The notes beneath the pieces were generated by a model. It did not search any database. It worked only from the letters and a program-made list of their open reading frames with translations, and was not told the origin of the DNA. Made by a program: the position numbers and the translations under genes. From positions 448,001 through 512,000 of the forward strand of contig CBDCSU010000004.1 in NCBI GenBank assembly GCA_965221775.1: DNA of 64,000 bases. Direction: 5' to 3'. The DNA is from Candidatus Latescibacterota bacterium (lineage in GTDB: Bacteria; Latescibacterota; UBA2968; UBA8231). Within the stretch, counting starts at the first letter, position 1. Each line of letters starts with the position of its first letter. Of the stretch, positions 32,118 to 43,224 are shown one piece after another.

Positions 32118-33539
32118 ATGGCGCCGCGCAAGAAACCCCTCAACCTCGTCCTCTTCGGCGTCGACAGCCTGCGCGCCGACCACATGAGCTGTTACGGCTA
32201 TCCGCGGCTGACGACCCCTCACATCGACCGCCTCGCCGGCGAGGGCGTCCTCTTCGAACGCAACTACTCGGCCCACATCCCCACCACCTCGGCCTACGCC
32301 TCCATGCTCACCGGCCTCGACGCCTTCTCCACCACCGTCGTCGCCCTGCGCCACAAGGGCGGTCTTCCCGGCCACGTGGCCACCCTGCCCGAGATCCTCG
32401 GCGACGCCGGGTACGAGACCAGCTGCGTCGGCTTCAGCGGCAATGCCAGCTCGCGGGGATTCGACACCTACCTCGACTACCCGGCCTGGGGCAGCTGGAG
32501 CGAGGGCCGCAGTCCGAAGGCCGACCGCCTCAACGACGCGGCCCTTCCGGAGCTCGAGCGCCTGGCCGCCGGCGACAAGCCCTTCTTCCTGTTCCTGCGC
32601 CACATGGACCCCCACGCGCCCTACCTGCCGCCGGCCCCCTTCGAGCGCATGTTCTACTCCGGCGACGAACTCGACCCGGCCAACCGCTCCATGGACCCGG
32701 TCATGGCCTTCAAGCCCTTCTGCGACTTCTTCGCCGGCTGGATGCCGCCGGGGATCACCGACGCCGACTACGTCACCGCCCAGTACGACGGCGCCGTGGC
32801 CTACATGGACGCCGCCATCCAGCGCCTCCTGACCCGCCTCGACGAGCTCGGCCTGCGCGACGACACCCTCGTCGTCCTCAACGGCGACCACGGCGAGACC
32901 CTCTACGAACACGAGTGCTGGTTCGACCACCACGGCCTCTACGAGAACACCCTGCACGTCCCCCTGATCCTGCGCCTCCCCGGACGCCTGCCCGAGGGAC
33001 GCCGCGTCGGCGGCTACGCCCGGCACCAGGACCTGGTGCCGACGATCCTGCAGCTGCTGCGGGTGCGCGGCGTGAAGATCGACTTCGACGGCGCCTCCCT
33101 GCTGCCGCTGATCGACGGCCGGCGGCCGAGCAACGCCGCCGAGTTCTACATCACCGAGTGCACGTGGATGCGCAAGCACGGCTGGCGCACGCCGCAGTGG
33201 AAGCTGATCGTCGCCCTGGAGCCCGACTTCCACTTCAAGCCGGAGGTCGAGCTCTACAACCTCGTCGAGGACCCCCTGGAGTTGAGGAACCTGGCGGGCC
33301 GGGAGAAGGGTGTGGCGGCCGCCCTGCGGCAACGGCTCGAGGCGTGGGTCGAACGGCGCGAGGCCGAGACGGGGCGCGTCAACCCCATGTACACCAACCT
33401 CGACTGGCACGGCTCCAGGACCCACCAGGGGCCCTTCACCTCGTCGCAGCAGGCCTACGACACCCTGCACATAGGTTCCGTGGGCGCCGCCGACCGGCTG
33501 CAGGCCGGCGGCAGGAAGAAAGCCGCGAAGAGAGGCTAG
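32118..33539 (+). CDS. Sulfatase-like hydrolase (alkaline phosphatase superfamily)
   Basis: DSLRADHM, TPHIDRLA, DPHAPY, YDGAV, GDHGE, HVPLI, ELYNL..DP.E. Confidence 0.88.
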   Translation: MAPRKKPLNLVLFGVDSLRADHMSCYGYPRLTTPHIDRLAGEGVLFERNYSAHIPTTSAYASMLTGLDAFSTTVVALRHKGGLPGHVATLPEILGDAGYETSCVGFSGNASSRGFDTYLDYPAWGSWSEGRSPKADRLNDAALPELERLAAGDKPFFLFLRHMDPHAPYLPPAPFERMFYSGDELDPANRSMDPVMAFKPFCDFFAGWMPPGITDADYVTAQYDGAVAYMDAAIQRLLTRLDELGLRDDTLVVLNGDHGETLYEHECWFDHHGLYENTLHVPLILRLPGRLPEGRRVGGYARHQDLVPTILQLLRVRGVKIDFDGASLLPLIDGRRPSNAAEFYITECTWMRKHGWRTPQWKLIVALEPDFHFKPEVELYNLVEDPLELRNLAGREKGVAAALRQRLEAWVERREAETGRVNPMYTNLDWHGSRTHQGPFTSSQQAYDTLHIGSVGAADRLQAGGRKKAAKRG

Positions 33540-33555
33540 CCGGCGGCGCCGGAGG

Positions 33556-34719
33556 TCAACCCGGCCGGACCTCTTCGAAGCCCCAGTCGAGCCAGGGGGT
33601 CAGAGCCTCGATGTCCGAGGTCTCCACCGTCGAGCCGCCCCAGACGCGCAGACCGGGCGGTGCCTCGCGATAGGATCCGACGTCGCAGGCGGCCCCCTCC
33701 CTCTCCAGAATGCGCACCAGTTCCCGCGCCCGTGCGGCCTGTTCCGCGGCGGGCAGCGCCGCGAACTCCCCGTCGACGATCCGAAGGCAGATCGAGGTGC
33801 TCGAGCGGACCGCCGGGCGGGCGGCGAGGAAGTCGATCCAGTCCCGATCGGCGGCCCACGCCTCCAGGACCGTCAGGTTGGCCCGTGAGCGCCGTACCAG
33901 CTCGGGCAGGCCGCCGATCGATTCCGCCCAACGCAGCCCGTCGAGGGCGTCCTCCACGCAGAGCATGGAAGGCGTGTTGATCGTGCGCCCCTCGAAGAGC
34001 CCCTCGTCGAGAGCGCCGGCGGCGGTGATGCGGAACAGCTTCGGCAGCGGCCAGGTCGGGGTGTACGAGAGCAGGCGCTCCACCGCCCGCGGACCGAGGA
34101 CCAGCATGCCGTGGGCGGCCTCGCCTCCCATCGCCTTCTGCCACGACCAGGTGACCACGTCGAGCTTCTCCCAGGGCAGGTCCATGGCGAAGGCGGCCGA
34201 TGTGGCGTCGCAGATGGTGAGGCCGAGGCGGCCGGGGTCGATCCAGTCGGCGTCGGGGACCCGGACCCCCGAGGTCGTGCCGTTCCAGGTGAAGACCACG
34301 TCGCGGTCTCCGTCCACCTGGCGCAGGTCCGGCAGCTCGCCGTAGTCGGCGAGCAGGGGGCGCACGTCGGAGAGCGGCAGCTGCCGGGTCAGGTCCGTCA
34401 CCCATCCGAGGCCGAAGCTCTCCCAGGCCAGCACGTCGACCCCCCTCGGGCCGAGGAGGGACCACAGGGCCATCTCGACGGCTCCCGTGTCGGAGGCGGG
34501 AACGACGGCGATGCGGTGGTCCGCGGGCACGCCGAGAACGGTCCGGCTGCGCTCGATGACCTCCCGCAGCCGCCCCTCGCCGGCGGGGCTCCGGTGCGAG
34601 CGGCCGACCAGGGCGCCCGCCAGGGCCTCGAGGGACCACCCCGGACGCTTGGCGCAGGGGCCGGAGGAGAAGCACGGGTTGCCCGGCCTCCTCTCCGGCC
34701 TCGGCCGCTCAGTCGACAT
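33556..34719 (-). CDS. serC: Phosphoserine aminotransferase
   Basis: [61 protein letters not shown]. Confidence 0.93.
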   Translation of the reverse strand: MSTERPRPERRPGNPCFSSGPCAKRPGWSLEALAGALVGRSHRSPAGEGRLREVIERSRTVLGVPADHRIAVVPASDTGAVEMALWSLLGPRGVDVLAWESFGLGWVTDLTRQLPLSDVRPLLADYGELPDLRQVDGDRDVVFTWNGTTSGVRVPDADWIDPGRLGLTICDATSAAFAMDLPWEKLDVVTWSWQKAMGGEAAHGMLVLGPRAVERLLSYTPTWPLPKLFRITAAGALDEGLFEGRTINTPSMLCVEDALDGLRWAESIGGLPELVRRSRANLTVLEAWAADRDWIDFLAARPAVRSSTSICLRIVDGEFAALPAAEQAARARELVRILEREGAACDVGSYREAPPGLRVWGGSTVETSDIEALTPWLDWGFEEVRPG

Positions 34720-35056
34720 GGTCCCGCAGGTCGAAGACGCACTCCATGGAGGCCCACCACTCCCCTTCCCCCGCCTCCGGCACCCGCTCCTGGAAGGTGC
34801 GCATCAGCTCGTCCCACTCGGCCGCCCGGGGGTTCTGCTCCACGTAGCGGGCGAAGTCGCGGGCCGGGTCGAAGTCGTCGGTGGTCGTCATGTGCATGAA
34901 CATGCGCCGGCCGAGCAGGTAGATGAGCATCCCTTCGATGCCGACCTCCTTCAACCCCTGGAGCGGCTCCGGCCACGGGTGGCGGTGATACTCCTTGTAG
35001 CGCTCGATGATCTCCGGATCGTCCTTCAGGTTCAGGGTCAGGGCGTAGTGCTTCAT
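34709..35056 (-). CDS. L-rhamnose mutarotase family protein
   Basis: [48 protein letters not shown]. Confidence 0.85.
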   Translation of the reverse strand: MKHYALTLNLKDDPEIIERYKEYHRHPWPEPLQGLKEVGIEGMLIYLLGRRMFMHMTTTDDFDPARDFARYVEQNPRAAEWDELMRTFQERVPEAGEGEWWASMECVFDLRDHVD

Positions 35057-36390
35057 TCCTCTTCCTCCTCTGCGCGGTAAGCCGCCGCCAGCAGCGACAC
35101 GGGGTGCTCCACCCGGGCTGTCGCTCCCCGCCGGCGCAGGCCGGCCTCGATCTGCACGGCGCATCCCGGGTTGCCGGTGGCCACCACCTCGGCGCCGGTG
35201 GCGGCCAGGTGACCCAGCTTGCGCTCCAGGAGCGCCGCCGACATCTCCGGCTGGGTGATGTTGTAGATCCCGGCCGAGCCGCAGCACCAGTCGGCCTCGG
35301 CCAGCTCCGCCAGCTCCAGGCCCGGTATGGCGGCCAGGATCTCCCGGGGCGCCTGGCTCACCCCCTGGCCGTGCTTCAGGTGGCAGGAGTCGTGGCAGGT
35401 GACGCGCAGGGGGCCGCCATCGGCCCCGCTCAGGCCCGCCCGGGGCGGCCTCGGACCGACCTCCAGCAGCAGCTCGTGCACGTCCCGCACCTTGCGGGAC
35501 CACTCCGCGGCGCGGCTCCGGTATACCGGGTCGTCCGCCAGCAGCCGCTCGTAGTGCTTCGCGTGGGAGCCGCAGCCGCCGGCGTTGACGGCCACGGCGT
35601 CGAGCCGGTCCAGGTCGAAGGCGGCCAGATTCGCCCGCGCCAGCTGCCGCGCCGCCTCGACCTCGCCGTTGTGGCCGTGAAGGGAGCCGCAGCACTGCTG
35701 CCCCGGCGGCAGCTCGACCTCGCAGCCGTTGGCCTGCAGGACCTCGATCGTGTCGGCGTTCACGTGGGCGAAGGCGAGGTCCTGCACGCAGCCGCTGACC
35801 AGGCCGACCCGCAGTGACGGCGCCCCCGGATTGCGGGCCTCGTAGCGCGCGGCGAACAGCTCGTGGGTGAACCGGTGGCTGACGCGCGGCGTCAGCGGCT
35901 CCAGGTCGCGCAGGCGTTTCGGCGCCAGCCGCAGCAGTCCCAGGCCGCGCACGGCCCGTTCCAGGCCGCAGCGCTGGTAGATACGCAGCAGGCGGCCGAA
36001 GGCGTGCAGCCGCCGCCGGGAGGTGAACAGCCACCGGAGGATGACGCCGCGCACGGCCGAACGCCCGGGAGACTCCAGGGCGCCGCTGCGCTCCACCTCG
36101 GCCCGCGCCGTCTCGATCAGCTGCGCATAGTCCACCCCGGCCGGACAGGCGGTCTGGCAGGCCAGGCAGCCGAGGCAGAAGTACATCTCGTCGGCGAAGG
36201 TCTCCCCCACCTCCAGGCGACCTTCGGCGACGGCCCGCATCATGGCGATCCGCCCCCGGGGCGAGGATCGCTCCCTCAGGGTGGCCTCGTACGTCGGGCA
36301 GGTGGGCAGGCACATGCCGCAGTGCATGCACTGCTGAAGGACGGAGAAGTCGAGGCCCCGAAGCAGGTTGGGATCGGGGGAGCGGTCCAC
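35053..36390 (-). CDS. glcF: Glycolate oxidase iron-sulfur subunit (GlcF-like)
   Basis: CMHCGMCLPTCP, SPRGRI, CLGCLACQTACP, two CCG motifs, CCGSAGIYN. Confidence 0.88.
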   Translation of the reverse strand: MDRSPDPNLLRGLDFSVLQQCMHCGMCLPTCPTYEATLRERSSPRGRIAMMRAVAEGRLEVGETFADEMYFCLGCLACQTACPAGVDYAQLIETARAEVERSGALESPGRSAVRGVILRWLFTSRRRLHAFGRLLRIYQRCGLERAVRGLGLLRLAPKRLRDLEPLTPRVSHRFTHELFAARYEARNPGAPSLRVGLVSGCVQDLAFAHVNADTIEVLQANGCEVELPPGQQCCGSLHGHNGEVEAARQLARANLAAFDLDRLDAVAVNAGGCGSHAKHYERLLADDPVYRSRAAEWSRKVRDVHELLLEVGPRPPRAGLSGADGGPLRVTCHDSCHLKHGQGVSQAPREILAAIPGLELAELAEADWCCGSAGIYNITQPEMSAALLERKLGHLAATGAEVVATGNPGCAVQIEAGLRRRGATARVEHPVSLLAAAYRAEEEEE

Positions 36391-36392
36391 GG

Positions 36393-37781
36393 TCAGTCGA
36401 AGATCTTGCCGGGATTGAGGATGCCCGCCGGGTCGAAGGCGGCCTTCAGCCGCCGCATCGCCTCCAGGGGCACGGCGCCGACGGCGTCGGGCAGGAAGGG
36501 CTTCTTGGCGAGCCCGACGCCATGCTCGCCGGTGATCGTGCCGCCCATGGCCACGGCGGCCTGGAAGACCTCCCTCATCGCCGCCTCGACGCGCTCCATG
36601 GCCGCGGCGTCGCGCTCGTCGGCCAGGAAGGTGGGGTGGAGGTTGCCGTCGCCCATGTGCCCGAAGGTTCCGATCGTCACGTCGTGGTCCCCGGCGATGC
36701 GCTGGATCTCGCCCACCATCCGGGCCAGCTCGCTGCGGGGCACGGTGACGTCCTCGAGGATCACGGTCGGAGCCCGCCGCGCCAGGGCGCTGAAGGCCGT
36801 CCTCCGGGCGCCGGCGAGCTGCGCCGCCTCCGCCTCCGAGGCCGCCCGGCGGACGTCGCGGGCCCCGTGGCCGCGGGCGATCTCCTCGACCCGGGCGGCC
36901 TGCTCCTCCACCTCGCCCGGGTGGCCGTCGACCTCCATCAGGGTCACGGCCTCCACGTCGGTGGGCAGTCCGATGCGGGCGTACCCCTCGACGCACTCCA
37001 CCGTGGTCCGGTCGAGGAACTCCAGGGTGCAGGGGATGATGCGGGCCCGGATGACCGCCGAGATCGTCTCGGCGGCGTCGGTCATGCGGTCGAAGAGTCC
37101 CAGGAGGGTGGCCCGGGCCGCCGGCGCCGGGATCAGCTTCAGGGTGATCCGGGTGATGATCCCGAGGCTGCCCTCCGAGCCGATGAACAGGTCGCGCAGG
37201 GAGAAGCCGGCCACGTCCTTGACGCACCGGGTCCCGGTCTCCAGCACGGTGCCGTCGGCGAGGACGACCTGCAGGGCCATCACGTAGTCCCGGGTGACGC
37301 CGTACTTCAGCCCCCGGAGGCCGCCGGAGTTGTTGGCCACGTTGCCGCCGATGGTGGAGATCTTGATCGAGCCGGGATCGGGCGGGTAGAACAGGCCGGC
37401 TGCCGCCGCCTCGTCGGCCACCCGCTGGGTGAGCACTCCGGGTTCGACGACCATGGCCAGGTTGGCGGCGTCGACCTCGAGGATGCGGTCGAGCTTCACC
37501 AGGCACAGCACCAGGCTGCCCTCGGATGGCACGGAACCGCCGGCCAGCCCGGTGCCGGAGCCGCGGGTGACCACCGGCACGCCGTGGCGGCCGGCCAGGG
37601 CCGCGATCTGCGCCACCTGCTCCACGCGCTCGGGCAGGACGACGCACGCTGGCGGCTGACGCAGAGTGGCGGTGCCGTCGAAGGCGTACACGGCCAGCTC
37701 CTCCGGCTCGGTGAGCACCGCCCCCTGGCCGGCGGCCTGCCGCAGGGCGGCGAGAAAGGCGGGATCGTCCGCCGCGGTCAC
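36393..37781 (-). CDS. glcD: FAD-linked 2-hydroxyacid oxidase (GlcD-like)
   Basis: RGSGTGLAGG, YPPDPGS, STIGGNVA, LKYGVTRDYV, GSEG, GHMGDGNLHP, GEHGVG, LNPGK. Confidence 0.9.
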   Translation of the reverse strand: MTAADDPAFLAALRQAAGQGAVLTEPEELAVYAFDGTATLRQPPACVVLPERVEQVAQIAALAGRHGVPVVTRGSGTGLAGGSVPSEGSLVLCLVKLDRILEVDAANLAMVVEPGVLTQRVADEAAAAGLFYPPDPGSIKISTIGGNVANNSGGLRGLKYGVTRDYVMALQVVLADGTVLETGTRCVKDVAGFSLRDLFIGSEGSLGIITRITLKLIPAPAARATLLGLFDRMTDAAETISAVIRARIIPCTLEFLDRTTVECVEGYARIGLPTDVEAVTLMEVDGHPGEVEEQAARVEEIARGHGARDVRRAASEAEAAQLAGARRTAFSALARRAPTVILEDVTVPRSELARMVGEIQRIAGDHDVTIGTFGHMGDGNLHPTFLADERDAAAMERVEAAMREVFQAAVAMGGTITGEHGVGLAKKPFLPDAVGAVPLEAMRRLKAAFDPAGILNPGKIFD

Positions 37782-38458
37782 AGGTGCTCGCAGCGGTTCA
37801 GGTAGCGGACCGCGCAGAGATCGGGGCCGAGACAGAACCGGGTGATCCCCGTGTTCCGGTGATTGTAGGAGAGGCCCAGGCTGGGCAGCTGGTCGGTGAG
37901 GGCCTTCACCAGTCCGCTCATGAAGTCGCCGTGGGTGACGATGCCCAGGCGCTCGGGCGTCTCCCCGCTCTCGGCGCCCCTACGGGCCCGCTCTTTCAAC
38001 TCCCCGGCCACGGCGATGGCCCGGCCCCTGCCGGCGTGCTTGGTTTCCTGCCCGCCGGGCCACCAGCCCTGCTCCCCGACGCCGTCCGGCAGCCTCACAC
38101 CGGGAAAGCCGCTGCGGATCTCGTCGCGCGTCATCCCGTGCAGGTCGCCCTTCCCCTCCAGCCAGATGCCGCCCACCTCGTGGATGTCGATCCAGACCTC
38201 GGGGGCGGTGCCGAGGGCGGCGGCGATGGGCCGCGCCGTCTGCAGGGCCCGCCGCATGGGGCTGCAGTAGAGGCTGTCCAGGGCCGGCCGGCCGGCCCGC
38301 TCGGCGGCGTCGAGGTGACCGCCGCGGGCCAGGTGCGAGGCCACGCGCTCGGCCTGCTCCTCTCCGAGGCCGGTCAGGGGCGGGTCCGAGACCCGTTGGG
38401 AGCCGTCCTCCAGGGCGTTGTTGTACGACTCTCCATGCCGAATCAGGAACAGATCCAT
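37778..38458 (-). CDS. Histidine phosphatase family protein
   Basis: LFLIRHGES, DPPLTGLGEEQA, SPMRRALQTA, IVTHG, NTGIT. Confidence 0.88.
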   Translation of the reverse strand: MDLFLIRHGESYNNALEDGSQRVSDPPLTGLGEEQAERVASHLARGGHLDAAERAGRPALDSLYCSPMRRALQTARPIAAALGTAPEVWIDIHEVGGIWLEGKGDLHGMTRDEIRSGFPGVRLPDGVGEQGWWPGGQETKHAGRGRAIAVAGELKERARRGAESGETPERLGIVTHGDFMSGLVKALTDQLPSLGLSYNHRNTGITRFCLGPDLCAVRYLNRCEHL

Positions 38459-38557
38459 AGCGGTCCTCACCAGTTGTGTGCAGGGTCGGCGGGGCCCGTT
38501 GCCTGACGGTCCGGGCCCGCAGTAGGTTACGCGCCTTTCACCACCCGAGGGGGGCGC

Positions 38558-40072
38558 ATGAACATAACCGTTCGCCAGGGCGAGATACAGAAGACGGAAA
38601 CAGAGGCTCTCGTCGTCAACCTGTTCCACGGGGCCAGGCCCGGCGGGGCCACGGCGGCCGTCGACGCCGAGCTCGGCGGCCTCATCGGCCGTGTCGTCGA
38701 CAGCGGCGACTTCACGGGAGAGAAGAACCGCACCCTCCTGCTCTATCCCGACGCCGGGGGCCTGCCGGCGCGGCGGGTGCTGCTGGTCGGCCTCGGCCGG
38801 CAGAATGAGTTCGACCTGGAGACGGCGCGCCAGGCCGCCGGCACCGCGGCGCGGCGGCTGCAGGAGCTGGGCGTTGAGAAGGCGGCCACCGTGCTCCACG
38901 GCGCCGGCGCCGGGGGCCTGGAGACCGAGGAGGCGGCCCAGGCGGTGGCCGAGGCCAGCATCCTCGCCTGCTACCGCTTCGACGAGCACAAGTCCAGGAA
39001 GGAAGGCAAGGTCCTGCGACAGCTGACCGTGGTCGAGTTCGACGGCGCCCGGCTGGCGGCGGTGCGGCGCGGCGTGCGCATGGGCCGGTCGATCGCCGAG
39101 GGCACCTGCCTGGCCCGGGACCTCGTCAACCATCCGGGCAACACGGCGACGCCCGCCTTCCTGGCCGGCCGGGCGCGCGCCCTGGCGCGGCGGCACGAGG
39201 GCCTGCGCTGCCGGGTCCTCGACGAGGCGGCCATGCGCAGGGAGGGGATGGGCGCCATCCTCGGGGTCTCGGCGGGCAGCGCCGAGCCGGCGAAGCTGAT
39301 CGTCCTCGAGCATGGACTGAGCCCCCGCCGGCGGGGGGCGCGGCGGAAGAAGCCCCTCGTCTTCGTCGGCAAGGGGGTCACCTTCGACTCCGGCGGCATC
39401 TCCATCAAGCCGGGCAGCGGCATGGGCGACATGAAGATGGACATGTCCGGCGCCGCCGCGGTGATCGGTGCCATGCAGGTGGTCGCCGAGGCGGGCCTCG
39501 CCCGGCCCGTGGTCGGCATCGTCCCGGCCACCGAGAACCTGCTCGACGGCAAGGCCTACAAGCCGGGGGACGTGCTCACGACGATGGCGGGCCAGACGAT
39601 CGAGATCGACAACACCGACGCCGAGGGCCGCCTGATCCTGGCCGACGCCCTGACCTACGCGCAGCGCTACGAGCCGGAGGGGATCGTCGATCTGGCCACC
39701 CTCACCGGCGCCTGCGTCATCGCCCTGGGGTCCCACGCCAGCGGCCTCATGGCCAACGACGACGGCCTGGCGGAACGGGTCGAGGCGGCGGCCGAGGCGA
39801 CGGCGGAGAAGGTCTGGCGACTGCCCCTGTGGCCGGAGTACCGGAGGCAGATCCGCAGCCAGGTGGCGGACATGAAGAACACGGGCGGCCGCGAGGGCGG
39901 CGCGATCACCGCCGCGGCCCTGCTGTCGGAGTTCGCCGGCGACACGCCCTGGGTCCACCTCGACATCGCCGGCACCGCCTGGACGGACAGGGCTAGGCCG
40001 TACGTTCCGAGAGGCGGGGTCGGCGTCGGCGTCCGCCTGCTGGTCGAGCTGGCCCGGCGGAGCCGCAAGTGA
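38558..40072 (+). CDS. pepA: Leucyl aminopeptidase (M17)
   Basis: VGKGVTFDSGGISIKP, MKMDMSGAA, NTDAEGRLILADAL, DLATLTGA, WVHLDIAG. Confidence 0.96.
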   Translation: MNITVRQGEIQKTETEALVVNLFHGARPGGATAAVDAELGGLIGRVVDSGDFTGEKNRTLLLYPDAGGLPARRVLLVGLGRQNEFDLETARQAAGTAARRLQELGVEKAATVLHGAGAGGLETEEAAQAVAEASILACYRFDEHKSRKEGKVLRQLTVVEFDGARLAAVRRGVRMGRSIAEGTCLARDLVNHPGNTATPAFLAGRARALARRHEGLRCRVLDEAAMRREGMGAILGVSAGSAEPAKLIVLEHGLSPRRRGARRKKPLVFVGKGVTFDSGGISIKPGSGMGDMKMDMSGAAAVIGAMQVVAEAGLARPVVGIVPATENLLDGKAYKPGDVLTTMAGQTIEIDNTDAEGRLILADALTYAQRYEPEGIVDLATLTGACVIALGSHASGLMANDDGLAERVEAAAEATAEKVWRLPLWPEYRRQIRSQVADMKNTGGREGGAITAAALLSEFAGDTPWVHLDIAGTAWTDRARPYVPRGGVGVGVRLLVELARRSRK

Positions 40073-40127
40073 CGGCGCCCGGCTCCGGGGCCCGGGAGGT
40101 TCGCGGCTTCACGGAACGGCGCGGCCC

Positions 40128-40661
40128 ATGATCCTCTCCGACGCCAGTCTGCGGCAGCTGCTGGCCTCGGGGAAGCTGAGCATCGACCCCCTCGACGACG
40201 ACCAGATCCAGCCCGCCTCCGTCGACCTGCGGCTCTCCGACCACTTCCTCAAGGTGGACGAGAACCGCCTGGAGGCGATCCGCCTGGACCGGGAGGTCCC
40301 CTACGAGGAGTTGACCCAGCAGCAGATCGTCATCCCCCCGAACTCCTTCCTCCTCGCCACCACCCGCGAGCGCATCCGCCTGCCCGACGACGTGACCGCC
40401 TTCGTCGAGGGCCGCAGCTCCATCGGCCGCATCGGGCTGTTCATCCAGAACGCGGGCTGGGTCGACCCCGGCTTCCAGGGGAACCTGACCCTCGAGCTGT
40501 TCAACGCCAACCGCCTGCCCATCCGCCTGCAGGAGGGCCGCCGGATCTGCCAGCTCGTCTTCGCCCGCATGGACCGCGCCGCCACGCGGCCCTACGACGG
40601 CAAGTACCAGCACCAGGCACGGGCCACGGGCAGCCGGATCCGCCTCGATCCGGACCGCTGA
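40128..40661 (+). CDS. dcd: dCTP deaminase
   Basis: MILSD, IQPASVDLRL, EGRSSIGRIGL, AGWVDPGFQG, RICQLVF, YDGKYQ. Confidence 0.95.
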   Translation: MILSDASLRQLLASGKLSIDPLDDDQIQPASVDLRLSDHFLKVDENRLEAIRLDREVPYEELTQQQIVIPPNSFLLATTRERIRLPDDVTAFVEGRSSIGRIGLFIQNAGWVDPGFQGNLTLELFNANRLPIRLQEGRRICQLVFARMDRAATRPYDGKYQHQARATGSRIRLDPDR

Positions 40662-40676
40662 CGCCGACGGCAAGGC

Positions 40677-43126
40677 GTGAAGATCCGTCGGATGCGCGTT
40701 CGCATCGGGAAACCCCGGATCCCCACCCTGTGCCTGATCCTCTGTCTGGTCCTTGGATTCTCCCTGCGCTTCGTCGGGTTGACCCGCGGCGACAGCTCCT
40801 TCGTCCCGGAGGGTCCGGATCGCGCCACGGAAGAGAGAGCCTTCTACCACTTCCATCCCGACGAGACCACCATCGTCCGGACCGCTCTCAAACCGATCGA
40901 GCCCTTTTCTCCGGAGCTTACCTGTTACGGCCTGCTGCCTGTCCATCTGCTTCGCGGAGTCCTCGAGTTCAACCGGATCGTCTTCGGTTGGGACTTCGAG
41001 GACCAGGGCTCCACCGACTCGGTGCGGTATGTCTATCTGACCGCCCGCACTCTGGCGGCCCTGGTCTCCTGTCTCACCCTCTGCCTGACCTGGCTGCTGG
41101 GCCGCCGCTGGTTCGGGGAGCTGACCGGACTGCTCGCCGCCGTGGTGGTCGCCGTGGCCCCAATGGCCATCCAGGCGGCGCACTTCTACACCGTGGACGG
41201 CTTGTTCACGCTGCTGATCCTCGCCGCGCTCCTCTCCCTGATGCATGCGCTGGAGGGCGATGACCGGCGATGGTGGCTGGCGACCGGGGTCCTGACCGGA
41301 CTCGCCGGCGCCGTGCGCCTCGCCGGCCTGTCCATGGGGGCGGTGGCGCTGGCGGGTCTCCTCATCTACCACCGGCGCAGGCTCGGAGCAGCCCTGACCT
41401 CATCCGTCTGGCTAGCTGGTCTGGCGGGGCTGATGGTCCTGCTCGTTCTGCAGCCCTATCTCGTCGTGGACTGGGAGCTACTACTGCAGAACCGTTCGGC
41501 CAGCGACTTCAGCTATGCGATGAAGGTAGCCCGCGGCGAATTCCTCACCGCGTGGAGCCTGGTGGATGTCCACACCATCCCGTACCTGCACCACTGGAGC
41601 CACCTGTGGCCCCTGGGCGTGGGCTGGCCTCTCACCGTCTCCTTCGGCCTCGGAATCGCCTGCGGTCTGTGGAGAGGAGACCGTCGCAAGGGACTGCTCC
41701 TCCTGTGGGTGGGGATCCACTTCGCCCTCATCGGCGGCCTTCTCACCAAGCCCATGCGCTACCTCCTCCCCATGCTGCCCTTCCTGGCCATCCTGACGGC
41801 CGACCTCTGTGTCTGGCTGGTCCATTCTCCCCGGTGGCTCCGAGTGCGCAAGCTGGCCATCGCCACCACCTCCGCGGTGCTCGTCTACAGCGCCAGTTAC
41901 GGCATCGCCTTTGCAGGCATCTATGCCGGGGAGGACAGCCGCATCGAGGCGGCGCGGTGGATGGAGGAGCGGATCCCGGACGACAGCCGGATCGGCATCG
42001 AACAGGGCGCATTCACGATGCGGGGACTGGTCGGCAACCCCCAACGCGTGAGATTGCTCGGTACCTCCCAGCTCTTCAACATGCGGGGATATGCGACCTG
42101 CGGCGCGGAACTCACCTGGCTCCGGCCACACTTCGAGGACGTGGACTACCTGGCCATCATCGAGGCCAACCGCTACCAGCAGTTCACGGCCGTTCCCGAC
42201 TTGATCCCCGGTGCCGCGGCCTTCTACCAGGCGCTGGCCGATGGGGATCTTGGCTTCGACCTCGTACACCGGGTCAAGCGTTACCCCACCCTCGGCGGCC
42301 TCGAGTTCCGGGACGACGGAAGCGATCCCTCCTTCACCGGCTACGACCACCCGGCGATCATGATCTTCAGGAAGAGAGATGACGCCTCCTGGCAGGAGGC
42401 TTGGGAGAGATTGCGGACGAGCCTGTCCGCGAGCGCCCACTGTGCGGACCCCTACCTGGAGAAAGCCGCTGACGCCATCGAGGCCGGGGATCTGAACCAG
42501 GGCCTCATCTGGACTCGAACGGCCGCCCGGAGAGTACCGCAGAACAGGATCGGCCACCTGATCGAGCCCATCTGCTGGCGCGCCTGGGAGGATCGAGCCG
42601 ACAGGCTTCGGAGACCTACCATACCGAACTGCTGGAGCCGCACCGCATCCCCGCCGACGCAGCCCTGGCCGCCGGGATGAGCCTCTTCGAGCTGGGCCTG
42701 AAGGACCTGGCCATCTCCGCCCTCGAGACGGGAGTCTCGGCGACCATCGAGGACGACAGGGTCCCCGGGGAACCGATGGCCCGCATCTATCTGCGTCTGG
42801 CATCATACCTGAAGCAGGACCTCGAGTTGGAGGAGGAGGCCGCCGAGGTCCTGTTGCTGTCTACCCGACTTCACCCCCGGCCGCTGGCCTGGAACAGACT
42901 TGCCAAGTACGCCCTGGCCAGTCAGGACTACGGGCAGGCCGCGGAGTACCTGAAGCAGTCGCTGCGGCTGAACCCCGACCAGGCGGGCGTCCATGCCACC
43001 CTCGGCCAGATCGCGGCGGAGATGGAGGATCCGGCCGCCGCCCTGCAGCACTTCAAGAGAGCCCTCCAGCTGAATCCGGAACTGGAGGACCGCCTCAGCC
43101 CCTGGATCACCGTGCACAGGGATTGA
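40677..43126 (+). pseudogene. GT-C (ArnT/PMT-like) membrane glycosyltransferase with C-terminal TPRs, split by a frameshift near 42565
   Basis: FHPDE, ARTLAAL, AHFYTVD, RYLLPMLP, YDHP; the TPR frame (42677-43126) is open upstream back to about 42566 (HLLARLGG..AAGMSLF). Confidence 0.7.
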
Positions 43127-43224
43127 GCCGAAGGAGCCGGCGTCCGGGGCCGGGAGCCCCTTGACGGGAGGCGGACCCCGGAGCCGGATTATCACCCCTT
43201 CCCCTACCCCCCCTGGAGACACCC

